Origin: Chiloscyllium plagiosum | Lineage: Eukaryota | Length of the DNA: 63,574 nucleotides | Direction of reading: 5' to 3' | Assembly (NCBI RefSeq): GCF_004010195.1 | Contig: NC_057756.1 | Coordinates: 9,516,151-9,579,724 of the forward strand | Shown here: piece by piece, positions 40,201-49,620 of the stretch | How the letters are laid out: each line of letters begins with the position of its first letter | How positions within the stretch are numbered: the stretch's first letter is position 1 | Notes under the pieces: generated by a model | Database searches by the model: none | Told to the model about the DNA's origin: nothing | The model's input: only the letters and a program-made list of their open reading frames with translations | Translations under genes and position numbers: made by a program

Positions 40201-43200
40201 CATGGTGAGAAGCAATCAATAAAGGATCTTTAATAATTTCTTTTTCTTGTTCTCTCATTATTAGTAGGAAAACCAAGTGAGCTTTAACAGCATTAACCCC
40301 TCTCTCCTCCAAACTCCTCAGAGCACATTAACCCCTCTCCTACCCCATCCCTCAGACTGGATTAACCTGTCTATCCTCACCCCTCAGACTGCATTAACCC
40401 CTCTCTCCCTCAGACCACATTAACCCCTCCCTCCCCCATCCCTCAGGCCGCATTATCCCCTCTCTCCTCCTCCATTCCCTAAAACCGCATTAACCTCTCT
40501 CTCCTTCCCCATTCCTCAGNNNNNNNNNNNNNNNNNNNNNNNNNNNNNNNNNNNNNNNNNNNNNNNNNNNNNNNNNNNNNNNNNNNNNNNNNNNNNNNNN
40601 NNNNNNNNNNNNNNNNNNNNNNNNNNNNNNNNNNNNNNNNNNNNNNCGATCCCTCACGCACATTAATCTCCCTACCTACCCCCCCCCCAGGGCCCGCACA
40701 ATCTTTCGGACCACTTCCTAAGATTAGCTTACTGCTCCCATTGCATAAAGGCCTCTGTCAGTGCTAGCAAGAAGGAGCTGTACCACAGGCCATGTGGGAA
40801 GCCAAGATCATTGCCCTCTCCAAAAACAAGGGTGAGAGGAGCAACTGCAACACCTGCAGAGGTATCTCTCTCCTCAACACTTTCAGCAAAGCCTTTGCTT
40901 AGGGTCATCTTGACTCACCTGCAGAAACTGGCAGAATGTGAATACCCAGAGTCACAGTGCAGTTTCAAGCTGAAAGGACAACAGTGGACATGATCTTCTC
41001 CCTTCACCAACTGCAGGAGAAGTGCAGAGAACAGAAAATGCCCTGTATGTCGCTTTCATCGACCTCACCAAGGCACTGACCTGGTCAGCAGGTCTTTTCA
41101 AGGTTCTCCTGAAGATCGGCTGCCCACCGAAACTGCTGAGCATGATAGAATCTTTCCACAGTAACATGAAAGGGACAGTAGTCAATCGCAACACTTCTAA
41201 GCCCTTCCACATCTGCAGCGGTGTCAAACAAGGCTGCATCCTCACTCACACTCAGGGATTTTTTTTTGCAGTGGTCCTGAAACATGCCTTTGGAGGGGAT
41301 TTACCTATGCACTTACCTATCAGATGGCAGGATCTTCAACCTGGCCTGCCTTAGACCCAAAACAAATCTAGGCGCGGCACTCGTCAGGGACATGCTGCTT
41401 GCCGATGATGCTGCAGTTGCAACATACACCCAGCAGGAACTCCAGTTACTGACAGTCCGCCTCTCTCATGCTTGCAAGGATTTAGAACTGTCTGTCAGTC
41501 TGAAGAAGACAAGCGTCCTGGGTCAGGACACAGAGGCACTGCCGGTCATCACCATCAATAACTACGAACTCAATGTCATCCACCAATTTACCTATCTTTA
41601 CTGATAACCACTCCTTGGATACAGATATCGACAAGAGGATCGGGAAAGCAGCCTCAACTCGTGCTCACCTCACAACTCTAGTATGGACAAATCCCAAGCT
41701 GACGGTGAAGACAAAAATGTCAGTCTACAATGCCTGTGTCATAAGCACACTGCTGTACAGCAGTGAAGCGTGGATTACAAATTCCAAACAGGAGAGAAGA
41801 CTGAACACATTCCACTTGAGGAGTATCCGCTGTATCCTAGGCATATTCTGGCAAGACAGAGTGTTCAACGCAGTGGTCCTATCTCACACTGGCCTTCCCA
41901 CATTGCACACTCTTCTCAGGCAGCAGAGACTGCGCTTGCTGGGCCACGTCCACCGCATAGAGGACAGCAGACTCCCAAAGGATATCCTCTATGGATAGCT
42001 TGCATCCGGAAAGAGATGCACTGGGCAACCCCAGCGGCTACAAGGACATTTGCATGAGGGACCTGAAAGCGCTTGGTATCGTTACGGAGTCCCAGGAATG
42101 GCTAGCAGCTGACTGCACAAGATGGAGAAGCATCCTGAACCAACACCTTAAAACAGAGGAAACAAAGCTGATGATCCCTGCAGTGGACAATTGGACATGA
42201 AGGAAGCAGTGCAGCAGTTCTAGCAGATCAACGACCACATACAGATGTAACCGCTGCAACCAGGACTACCACTCCAGCATTGGTCTCTTCAGTCATAAGT
42301 GACATTGCTTCAGGGAAGCAAAGCCAGAACGAGGATGCAACCCATGGTCAGCCATGACTAAAAAGGGCCTCACCTCACCTCACTGATTAATTAGGATACA
42401 GGGGCCAGAAACTCCTACATTCAATGTTTGGTGTGCTTTTTACTCACCTCTAGCACAGTGACAATAGAAATGCCATTGGTGGTTTTATTTTCGGTCAGGT
42501 GGAGATATAATTGTCATTTGAGAGGGGTCACTTGATGATACCATGGGCTTTAAGAGGTTATTTTATCCTATTGGTTTTGAAGAGTGATTTTAAGTCAAAG
42601 CCGCTGAGCAGTCAACCAGAGCCACTAAACTATGGAACAAGAGAAGAAGACTGAATGGGTGTGGTCAAGCTGTCACAGAACCAGAATATTTAGTTTCAGC
42701 AGTTGCTGTTGGCATCTCAAAGAAGTGGAAACTATTTTTCCCTTTCAGTTACAGCCAAAACTGGGGATTCTCTTCTTGTTGCTGGAATTGCATGTGAGAC
42801 AATCTATTTTCTGAATTTGCCTTTTGTCAAGGGATTGTTTATGGGATGATATTGGAACAGTTAATTAGTGACATTTACTGCTTTTACTATTGTTTGTTTT
42901 CCAATAGGATCAAGTTATTCCAGTTTCTTCTTTCTTTTGTTCAATATTAACTATCGTGGATAAATCTGACAACACCAGGTCATAAGTTTATTTTTGACCT
43001 TGTACAACCCAGTCCAACACCAGCACCTCCACATCAGTACTTTAAATCTAGCATTTTGGCCAACTGATTTGAATCTGGAACGCAATACTTTACATTTACC
43101 TTTAAAGGAAGAAAAAGTTAGGGCCTGGTCTGTGTTCTGAATATTTTGAGGGGGTTTAGTCTGGTCCATAACACAAAATAGTTTTTCAATTGAAAGCTAA

Positions 43201-46200
43201 GTCTATGGTGGTCCAATGAGCAAATAACCACACTGCTGCTTAAAATCACATTGCTAAAACTCAGATAGGATTTCTCACTTTTGTACTCTGGAAAATTCAG
43301 AACCTTCATCTGCGATTTAACAATGAGAAAATCAATATTCAGAAGTTCCAAGGCCCAGGACAGCAATTTACTTCTCACAACAGGTCTAATGGGTGTTAAT
43401 AATGCAAAATGGAAAATCCCAACCCAACGTCTGTCTTCACAAGACAAGACTGACCAGAACAATGCAATATTCAGAGAAGCCAGCACATGTCAAAAGTTGT
43501 CAGGAAAGGCAGCTTCACAGATGGAAAGCAAAAAACATTGACTTTGTACAAACCTATTGCAAGCATGGCCTCATAGTTCCTCTTCACATTCTTATAGCGT
43601 GTTTTTTCCCATTCACTTAGCTCTGCCCACTCATCTTTAGAAAAATGATGGGCAATATCTTTAAATTGGTCTTTAATCTGAAAATATAAAATCATGGTAA
43701 TTCTTTATATGTCTCATAAGTGATTGTGTAATCTTCACAAACTAAAGACTTACAAATATGGGATAAGCTACCTTTCCAGATCGACCATTCTTTATTAGAA
43801 TATCCTCCAGGTCCTCAGAGTGGGCAGGCAATAAACACTGGTAGAAAAATTACACAACAAACAACTATCTTACAAGACATTTCAATGATGGAGTTGTTGT
43901 TCATATGGGTACTGTAACAGAGTAAAAATAAAGCTATATAAGTCCACATATCCATTCATTTCACTCAAAAATGCTACCACCTGGCCAGACACCTCTTCGA
44001 AGACCATCCTTAACAGTCACTCCATGTTAGCTGTTGTAGCAAATTCTGCAGGTTTTTTCTGGACCTTGGACAGTTTCTGCCATGACTGCCCTTTTGAGAG
44101 TGAAGAAGCTCTGCATGTCCACCTTCATTGAGTCACCAATAGACATTCAAGGAAGGTTTTCACTGTTTCAATCTTTGTCATTTCTTCACAATTCCCTCTG
44201 TGTTCTGGGGTCAATGATTTACTGCACAATGCTACGACCTCCTGTAACTTGCTGATCTTCTTGTACATGACAATGAGCTATTCGGAGACAACAATCAGAG
44301 ATGACTGGAGTGACATCAACAAAGTTACAACCAGAAGAATACAAAGCCACCTGGCCTTGACCAGTTGCATCAGCATAGTGCTCCAACTGCAGACTTGCTT
44401 GAGACATTGCATAACTTGGCATCATTTCCAGTTTTCATCAGGACACTCGATGTGGCATTGAGCCTTTCCAGATGAACTAGCTGCACTGAAGTCAAAGTTG
44501 ACATTAAGTCTGCATTGTCAACACTGTAGATGTCACCAACAGTAGTGGGATCTGCAGAAAAAAATGCCATTTGTGCATTGTTTTGACTCAGGGTACATAT
44601 TTTAGTTAACTGAAGCAGAGGATCTTGTACCAGAGGATCAGCTATGTGAAAGTGCCCAACTATCACTTCTGACTTCACAGGTACTGAAGTTGCTGCCTGC
44701 CTGACAATACCCACGATGTGAATTATTTTCTCCTTTTATCCTTAATTCCATGACATGGATGTGCCTGGCGAGCATTTATTACCTGAGGTGAAAGTGAACT
44801 GCCTTTTTGAAGCCTTGACATCTACGGGCCTTACAGAAGAAATTACGGGATTTCGATCCAATGACACAAATCGATGCTCATGGTGCGATCATCACAACCA
44901 CAGTCTGTTGTTTCAGCAAACCTGCATGTCACTTTTTACTTTTGAAAAATGCTGACACCAGGATTGTGCTGCCAACTGTAGCCAAGCCTGTGAATGTATC
45001 TAGGAGATGGACCTTGAAATATTGGGGCCAATGACTGTTGAAAGCCTCCATGGATATCCCAGAAGACCATTCCTCTTTGACTCTAAGGCACAGCCATTTG
45101 CTTGCAGCACTGGCAGGTGAGTTACTATGTAAAGGCTGCTGGCACATGGCACAGGTGCAAGCTTTAAGTAGTTTACAGCATACAGCAGGATGTCTCCCCT
45201 ATTACTTAAAGGGGGTTCACCATCAAGCCAAGATGTCTGCCTTTGAATACGCACTAAGAAACAAAGCAGGACACTGAGGTGCTAACTGACTGAGCGCTAA
45301 AAGAACAAGTGATCAGAACCCAATCTGACAGCTGGGTGTATTTAAATAGCAGCAGTGAAATGATAATTGTCAATGTCTCAAGCTAAACAGTTTTAAATGT
45401 CCTATCAGTGGATTGAACAGATGCCATGCCATTTTTGAGAGTCTGGACATTGCTGAATGGCAGCATCCGTGGACATGGCACCCAAATTAGGCACAAGCGA
45501 GGACTGCAGATGCTGGAGATGGAGTCAATGGTATGGTGCTGGAAAAGGTCATGCAGTATCTGAGGAGCAGGAGAATTGATGTTTTGGCTAAAAGCCCTTC
45601 ACCAGGCATGAGGCTGTGAGCCGAGGGGCTGCTGAAATAAACGGGAGGGGAGTGGGGCTGGGGAGAAGGTAGCTGAAAGTGTGATAGGTGGGGTTAATGA
45701 TGATAGAATGGAGAGGAGAAGGGAGAAGTTACGTGGGAAGGAAGATGGGCAGGTGATGAGGGCGGTGCTGAGTTGGAAGGTTGGAACTGGGATAAAGTGA
45801 GGGGGTAGGAAAATAAGGAAACTGGTGAAATCCACATCGGGACCCTCCAACCCAACGGCACCAAAGAGGAAGGCGAAGCATTCTTCCTCCAGGTGTCAGA
45901 TGGTTAGGGAGTGGTGATGGGAGAGGCCCAGGACCTGCATGTCCTTTGTAACTGTGAGGGGGCATTGAAGCTTTTGGCTACAGGGCAGTGCATTTGGTTG
46001 GTGCTGGTGTCCTGGAGATGTTTTCTGAAGTGCTCTGCAAGTTGGGGGCCCAAGATGATGGCCCTCATAACCCAGAACTGCAAAAGTGCATTTATGCCAT
46101 TCGGACCAAAGGATACAAACATCTGGCTGCATCTGGTGACAGAGTGGCAGCTGCGATAGATTAGCAGGCCCAGCCGTCTCACAGTATGCTATAAATGAGT

Positions 46201-46811
46201 GATCCTGTACTCCATGACATTCATCGTTGGTCCTCAGCACACAGAGTAATTTGATAGGGACCTTGAGCTCACTCCGAGTGCACCTTCCTCAGGTAGAAAC
46301 TTCAATGTCTCCTCTAAAGACACTTCATAGGTAGTCTGGGCTTCCACCTCCAACCTTGCAAACGAGTTCTGTCTTTCATATTATAAATTCTTGGCCTCTA
46401 GCCTCCTTGTGGTGTGTGGTAGGATCAGAAGCTCTATGTTAAGGTGGTGACATATGCCATTTAAAAAGCCATCTTAATGCTGCCAACTGGAATCTTGTCT
46501 TGACATCTGGAACGTTGTGGGGAGAAAGTAGTTTGTTATATCAGACATCTAAAAATACCTCACTTGATATATCAGACGATTTGTCCAGATTAATTGCCAT
46601 TGCTTATATGGCAGAGCCCTTTAAGATATTGCCATGAGGAACACTGACAGCATTGACGTGACTGACCAGCTGAACCTTCCTCACACAAAGCTGCAAAAAG
46701 CCCACTGACTTTCTGGTTTCCACTGAAAATCTCCGATGACTTTACCTCAGATTTCCTCTGCTCTGACAGCGCCTTTCCAACACCTTTCCCATTACTCTTA
46801 GCTTTATCCAT
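16707..46811 (-). CDS. PRDM9: PRDM9 (meiotic H3K4/H3K36 methyltransferase, recombination hotspot determinant), whole spliced CDS span; model join(46746-46811,43754-43837,43554-43677,32455-32577,32091-32161,30848-31025,30451-30588,28672-28943,26034-26101,22204-22394,16707-19285), 3894 nt, ~1297 aa
   Basis: Ordered KRAB, SSXRD, Zn knuckle, PR/SET, post-SET finger and tandem C2H2 array on one strand; all junctions GT-AG with matching phases; 124, 272 and 68 bp exons match the sizes I recall for mammalian PRDM9. The first two coding exons are less certain. Confidence 0.93.
16854..18869 (-). repeat. 84-bp coding minisatellite (24 zinc-finger units)
   Basis: Near-identical [28 protein letters not shown] units; 24 x 84 = 2016 bp. 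Confidence 0.97.
19288..19486 (+). mobile_element. 5'-truncated CR1/HER1 LINE 3' end abutting the PRDM9 last-exon acceptor
   Basis: aatgagctgccagaggaagtggtggaggctgg...ctgtacatctctatgactc, same as other copies; aatga at 19288 and 19487. Confidence 0.93.
20043..21203. mobile_element. Nested CR1/HER1 copies in opposite orientation (minus 20043-20549 plus 21121-21203; plus 20550-21120)
   Basis: Minus copy is broken at ggaa and resumes at 21121 after a plus-strand copy of the same family. Confidence 0.88.
22204..22394 (-). CDS. PRDM9: PRDM9 exon, C-terminal PR/SET (191 bp)
   Basis: ttccag|[63 protein letters not shown]; donor AAAG|gtaagg; contains human Y341 and Y357 equivalents. Confidence 0.96.
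22594..22917 (+). mobile_element. HE1-type V-SINE
   Basis: SINE consensus with ctaatcta tail. Confidence 0.9.
23055..24390 (-). mobile_element. CR1 LINE fragment interrupted by a Penelope terminal element (~23528-24003)
   Basis: [11 protein letters not shown]...KCEVLHF on minus strand; insert bounded by aaaatcacacaacac / gtgttgtgtgatttt inverted repeat. Confidence 0.75.
26034..26101 (-). CDS. PRDM9: PRDM9 exon, middle PR/SET (68 bp)
   Basis: ttcttcag|[34 protein letters not shown]|gtaagg; too short for the ORF track. Confidence 0.95.
26930..27977 (+). mobile_element. CR1 LINE 3' half (second subfamily)
   Basis: ORF 27167..27892 [16 protein letters not shown]...[14 protein letters not shown]; ttctatg tail. 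Confidence 0.92.
28672..28943 (-). CDS. PRDM9: PRDM9 exon, zinc knuckle plus N-terminal PR/SET (272 bp)
   Basis: [24 protein letters not shown]...AGLGVWNEG...HFGPYEG (Y276 equivalent)...SGYSWV; tcaacag| and |gtgagt. Confidence 0.96.
30451..30588 (-). CDS. PRDM9: PRDM9 exon, SSXRD
   Basis: [28 protein letters not shown]|gtacgt; acceptor ttcttccacag at 30589-30591; an alternative in-frame acceptor gives an exon start at 30621. Confidence 0.88.
30848..31025 (-). CDS. PRDM9: PRDM9 linker exon (178 bp)
   Basis: catttcag|AAC GAG GAA...TCC ATC AAA G|gtatct; open frame, phase 0 to 1, fits neighbours. Confidence 0.8.
31555..31985 (+). mobile_element. CR1/HER1 LINE 3' fragment
   Basis: agctacagggagaggctgaa...ctctatgactct. 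Confidence 0.88.
32091..32161 (-). CDS. PRDM9: PRDM9 linker exon (71 bp)
   Basis: ttttaaag|AG GTG AGA...AGC AAA AAG|gtaatt; [23 protein letters not shown]; phase 1 to 0 is exactly what is needed between flanking exons. Confidence 0.72.
32455..32577 (-). CDS. PRDM9: PRDM9 exon, end of KRAB and DSDEDWTP motif (123 bp)
   Basis: ttttacag|[18 protein letters not shown]...[15 protein letters not shown]|gtaagt. Confidence 0.93.
33547..34935 (+). mobile_element. HE1-type SINE interrupted by a Penelope-like insertion spanning the N-gap
   Basis: SINE breaks after tacgctaaattgcc (~33746) and resumes with the same 14-mer at ~34797. Confidence 0.8.
33801..33840 (-). ncRNA. Minimal hammerhead ribozyme core in a Penelope terminus
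   Basis: CUGAAGA-A-GGGC-UAAU-GCCC-GAAAC-GUC-GAUUCUCC; helix I weak. Confidence 0.55.
34971..36003 (-). mobile_element. RTE-clade LINE, 5' part (endonuclease end and linker), inverted
   Basis: [15 protein letters not shown]...[15 protein letters not shown]...SKHWHQL...[28 protein letters not shown]. Confidence 0.85.
38404..39835 (+). pseudogene. env: ERV env pseudogene (gamma-type TM)
   Basis: Signal peptide [16 protein letters not shown]; fusion peptide [12 protein letters not shown]; heptad and ISD-like LQNHYALD; stops and frameshifts. Confidence 0.82.
39863..40289 (+). mobile_element. ERV 3' LTR
   Basis: TG directly after PPT, TATAAAA ~40105, AATAAA ~40218, ends ...tttaaCA. Confidence 0.8.
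40290..40690. repeat. C-rich minisatellite (cattaacccctctc...cctcag), crosses an N-gap
   Basis: About 7 imperfect ~30-bp units before the gap, similar unit after it. Confidence 0.8.
40728..42381 (+). mobile_element. RTE-clade LINE, 3' part (RT to tail)
   Basis: [55 protein letters not shown]; (cctca)n tail. Confidence 0.9.
42533..43173 (+). mobile_element. Solo-LTR-like repeat; related copies at ~6560-7088 and ~11925-12510
   Basis: TG...CA ends; shared tttaagaggttattt start, ttgcatgtgagacaa...ttttctgaatttgcc core and gtct(a/g)gtccataaca end. Confidence 0.6.
43554..43677 (-). CDS. PRDM9: PRDM9 KRAB exon (124 bp)
   Basis: ttttcag|[42 protein letters not shown]|gtttgt; typical PRDM9/SSX ancestral KRAB. 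Confidence 0.95.
43754..43837 (-). CDS. PRDM9: Probable PRDM9 N-terminal exon (84 bp)
   Basis: tttctaccag|TGT TTA...ATA TTT|gtaagt; open phase 0-0 frame, 76-bp intron to the KRAB exon. Confidence 0.6.
45500..46035 (-). mobile_element. Penelope-like element 3' end
   Basis: [28 protein letters not shown]; terminal ctgcagatgctggag motif. Confidence 0.7.
46746..46811 (-). CDS. PRDM9: Candidate PRDM9 start-codon exon ([22 protein letters not shown])
   Basis: Good Kozak context ggaATGG, phase-0 donor GAG|gtaaag, ~0.8 kb downstream of the CpG/TATA promoter; no homology support. Confidence 0.5.
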
Positions 46812-47439
46812 TCCTTCTTGAGAACAGGCACTTTGTTTATTCTACTTGAACCTTGAATTGTAGTTCTCTACACCTTAGTTTTCTCCATGGCTATGTCCTA
46901 AGTCTACTAATTCCTCCCTTACTTTATCATCCTACAGGTGAAAATGAATCCCAAACTCCACCAAATATTTTCCTATCAATAATAGCATCTAATCTTTATT
47001 GAACTAATGTCTGAACTGCACTTTTCTTCTGACTTTCCTTCATCATCTTAGCCTTCTTTCTCACTTAAATGAGATAAGCCAAATCCATCAGGAATTCATT
47101 TTATTCCATTCCTGTAAAAAACAAAGTCACCAAACAAATTTCTGGAATATTAAACACAAGTTACAAACTGAAAAGGAACCAAAACACAACCTAGTGGTTA
47201 TTTTTCTTTTCCGGAAAAAGTCCAATCTTTCCCCTCTCCAATTTCAAAAACCCAAGAAAAACAAATTGTAAAACTGGCCATTCCGTTACCAGTTACCCAT
47301 CCATTTTCCAAATTCGTGTTTAAGTTAACAAAGGGCTCCTTTAATCTAGAGCGAGCAAACTCGCTAAATAACGTGAGGTGATAATAGTCTCTCGTCTTGT
47401 TCTTTTTTTCACCCAGAGATTTATTTCTGACTGCACCCG

Positions 47440-47765
47440 CCCTCACTTATCTGCTCCAGCCTCAATCCCTAACTGTTTGATTCCCCGAAGGTTTGACTAA
47501 ATTGAAATATCCCTCGAGTCCACCCAGTTAAAGAGTTCACTTTTCCCGCGCTCTCTCCCTCTGTCAGCCTCGCGCTTTCTGCCGATCTCCCGCCGACGCC
47601 GCTCCTATTTATAGCCTCCCACGCGCGCGCACCTGTGACAGTTGGCGGCCGTTTTTCTTCAAAAGATCCTCGCGCTCTCCCGCGCGCGGCTCCCAACCGT
47701 CGAAGTCAGCCGCCCTCATTGACGGAACTTCGGCCACGTGCCGCTCCCCGCGCCATGACCTCGTG
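47440..47765 (-). promoter_or_regulatory. CpG-rich promoter of PRDM9 with TATA box
   Basis: Most CpG-dense non-repeat patch in the window; TATAAATA on minus strand at 47606-47613; E2F-type TTTCCCGC 47542-47549, TCCCGC 47588 and 47678; CACGTG 47735-47740; TTTGAA on minus strand at 47658-47663. Confidence 0.75.
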
Positions 47766-48769
47766 GTTTGGGTCTTTGGATGGATGGGGGGGGGGGGGGG
47801 TGTCAGACGTGTTTAAGGCAACAGGCCCTTCGGCCCAAACTGGTCAGTGCCGACCATGGTGCCCACTCAGCTCGTTCCACTTGCCCGCATTTGGTGCAGT
47901 TCCCTCTAACAATGTGTCTATCCAAGTAGGAGACCAAGGTTCAAGTCGTAACCCGCTCCAGAAATGTGGAATTACATCCTGGAACAAGTGGATTAGAAAA
48001 TATTTACAGGAGAGCTCAGGGTGCAAAGACTGTGGCTCAAAAACACTTAATGGGGTTTGAAAAATATAGAATGCCCACCGTGTGGGAGCCTGTCGAGACT
48101 ACACTGACTCTCCAAAGAGCAACCCACTCATACTCTCACCCTGCGTTTTTGATGGCTAATCCACTTGCACATTCCTGGACACTATGGGCAATTCATCATG
48201 ACCAATATAACTAATCTGCACAACTTGGACTGCAGGAGGAAATTGAAGCCACCTGGCAAACACTGGGAGAATATGTAAACTTAACATACACAGTTGCCCA
48301 AGTCTCAAATCGAACCTGGGTCCTTGATGCTGTGAGGCAGCAATGCAAACCACTGTGCACCCCATATATTCCCTCACTGAAGAGCTCTATTTTGTTCAAT
48401 GTGAACATTCCCTTATTTGAATATCCTTTGATACAGACACATAGGAATAGCAGTAAGCCATTCATTTCCTCAAGCCTCTTCTGTGATTCAATAAGGTCAT
48501 AGTTGATCTATGGTCTAACTCCATATACCTGCCTTGGGCCAAATCCCTTGGGAGTCTTACTTAAAAAGCGGAATATCTGAGATTTAAATTTAACACTGAC
48601 CGCTGTTTGAGGAAGAGAATTCCCAAGCTCCACTACCCTGTTTATAGAAGTGCTTCCTAACAGCTCTTTCGAATGGTTGGGTCCTAATTCTTAGATTATT
48701 GTCCCCTCATTCTAAAATGATCAATTAACAATTCAATAACTAACTATCTCAACAGAATAAATTCTTCCT

Positions 48770-49620
48770 ATTCATATACCCATCCAGATGCCTCATCAAT
48801 GTCATAATTGTAATAGCCTTCATCACTTTGTCTGGCAGCTTATTCCATACGCCACCCTCTGCATGTAAGTGTCCCCTCTCACCTTGAATCTATGCCCCCT
48901 AATTTTGAACTTCACTATTCTGGGGGAAAGACCTTCCATATTTACCCTATTCATGCCCCTCATGATTTCATAAACTTTTGTAAGATCACTCCTCAGCTTC
49001 TGACACTCCAGGGAAAATAACCCCTGTCCATTCAGCCTCTCCCTAATGCTCTAACACTCCAATCCTGGTAACATCCTTGAATCTTTTCTGCACCCTTTCA
49101 AGGTTCACAGCACCTTTCCTGTAGCAGGAAGACCAGAATAGAACGCAACATTACAAAAGTGTAAACATTACAACATTACTAACCAATGTACTTTACAGCT
49201 GCAACATGACTTCCCAATTTCTATACTCAATGCATTGACCAATAAAGGCAAGCATACCAAACACCTTCTTCACTATCCTATCCACCTGCGACTCCACTTA
49301 CAACGAATTATGAACTTGAACTCCAAGATCTCTTTGTTTAGAAACTCTCCCCAGGACCTTACCATTAAGCGTACATGATTGGCTTTTCCAAAATGCAGCA
49401 CCTCACATTTATCTAAATTAAACTCCATCTGTCACACCCAAGCTCATTAGCCCATCTGATCAAGACCACGTTGTACTCTGAGGTAACCTTCTTCACTGAC
49501 CACTACACCTCCAATTTTGGCATCATCTGCAAACTTACTAATTGTAGCTCCTGTGTTCGCATACAAATCATTGATATAAATGACAAAAAGCAGTGAACCC
49601 AGCACTGCTCCTTGGGGCAC
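48770..49620 (-). mobile_element. CR1/HER1 LINE fragment
   Basis: VPQGAVLGSLLFVIYINDL...SKFADD on minus strand. Confidence 0.88.

Larger units (their letters stand above)
36010..40289 (+). mobile_element. Defective class I (gamma/epsilon-like) endogenous retrovirus: gag remnant, large internal deletion, RNaseH end, integrase, env, 3' LTR
   Basis: MGQ start at 36329 and PSAP ~36930; IN motifs [56 protein letters not shown]; env [29 protein letters not shown] aaggggga. Confidence 0.9.

Noticed and set aside
34616..40519. Contig misorientation as the cause of the split RTE
   Set aside because: SINE with duplicated 14-mer continues across the left gap and the minisatellite continues across the right gap in the same orientation
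44100..46470. Possible Harbinger-like DNA transposon remnant in a PRDM9 intron
   Set aside because: Only vague resemblance; no catalytic motif or terminal repeats I could verify
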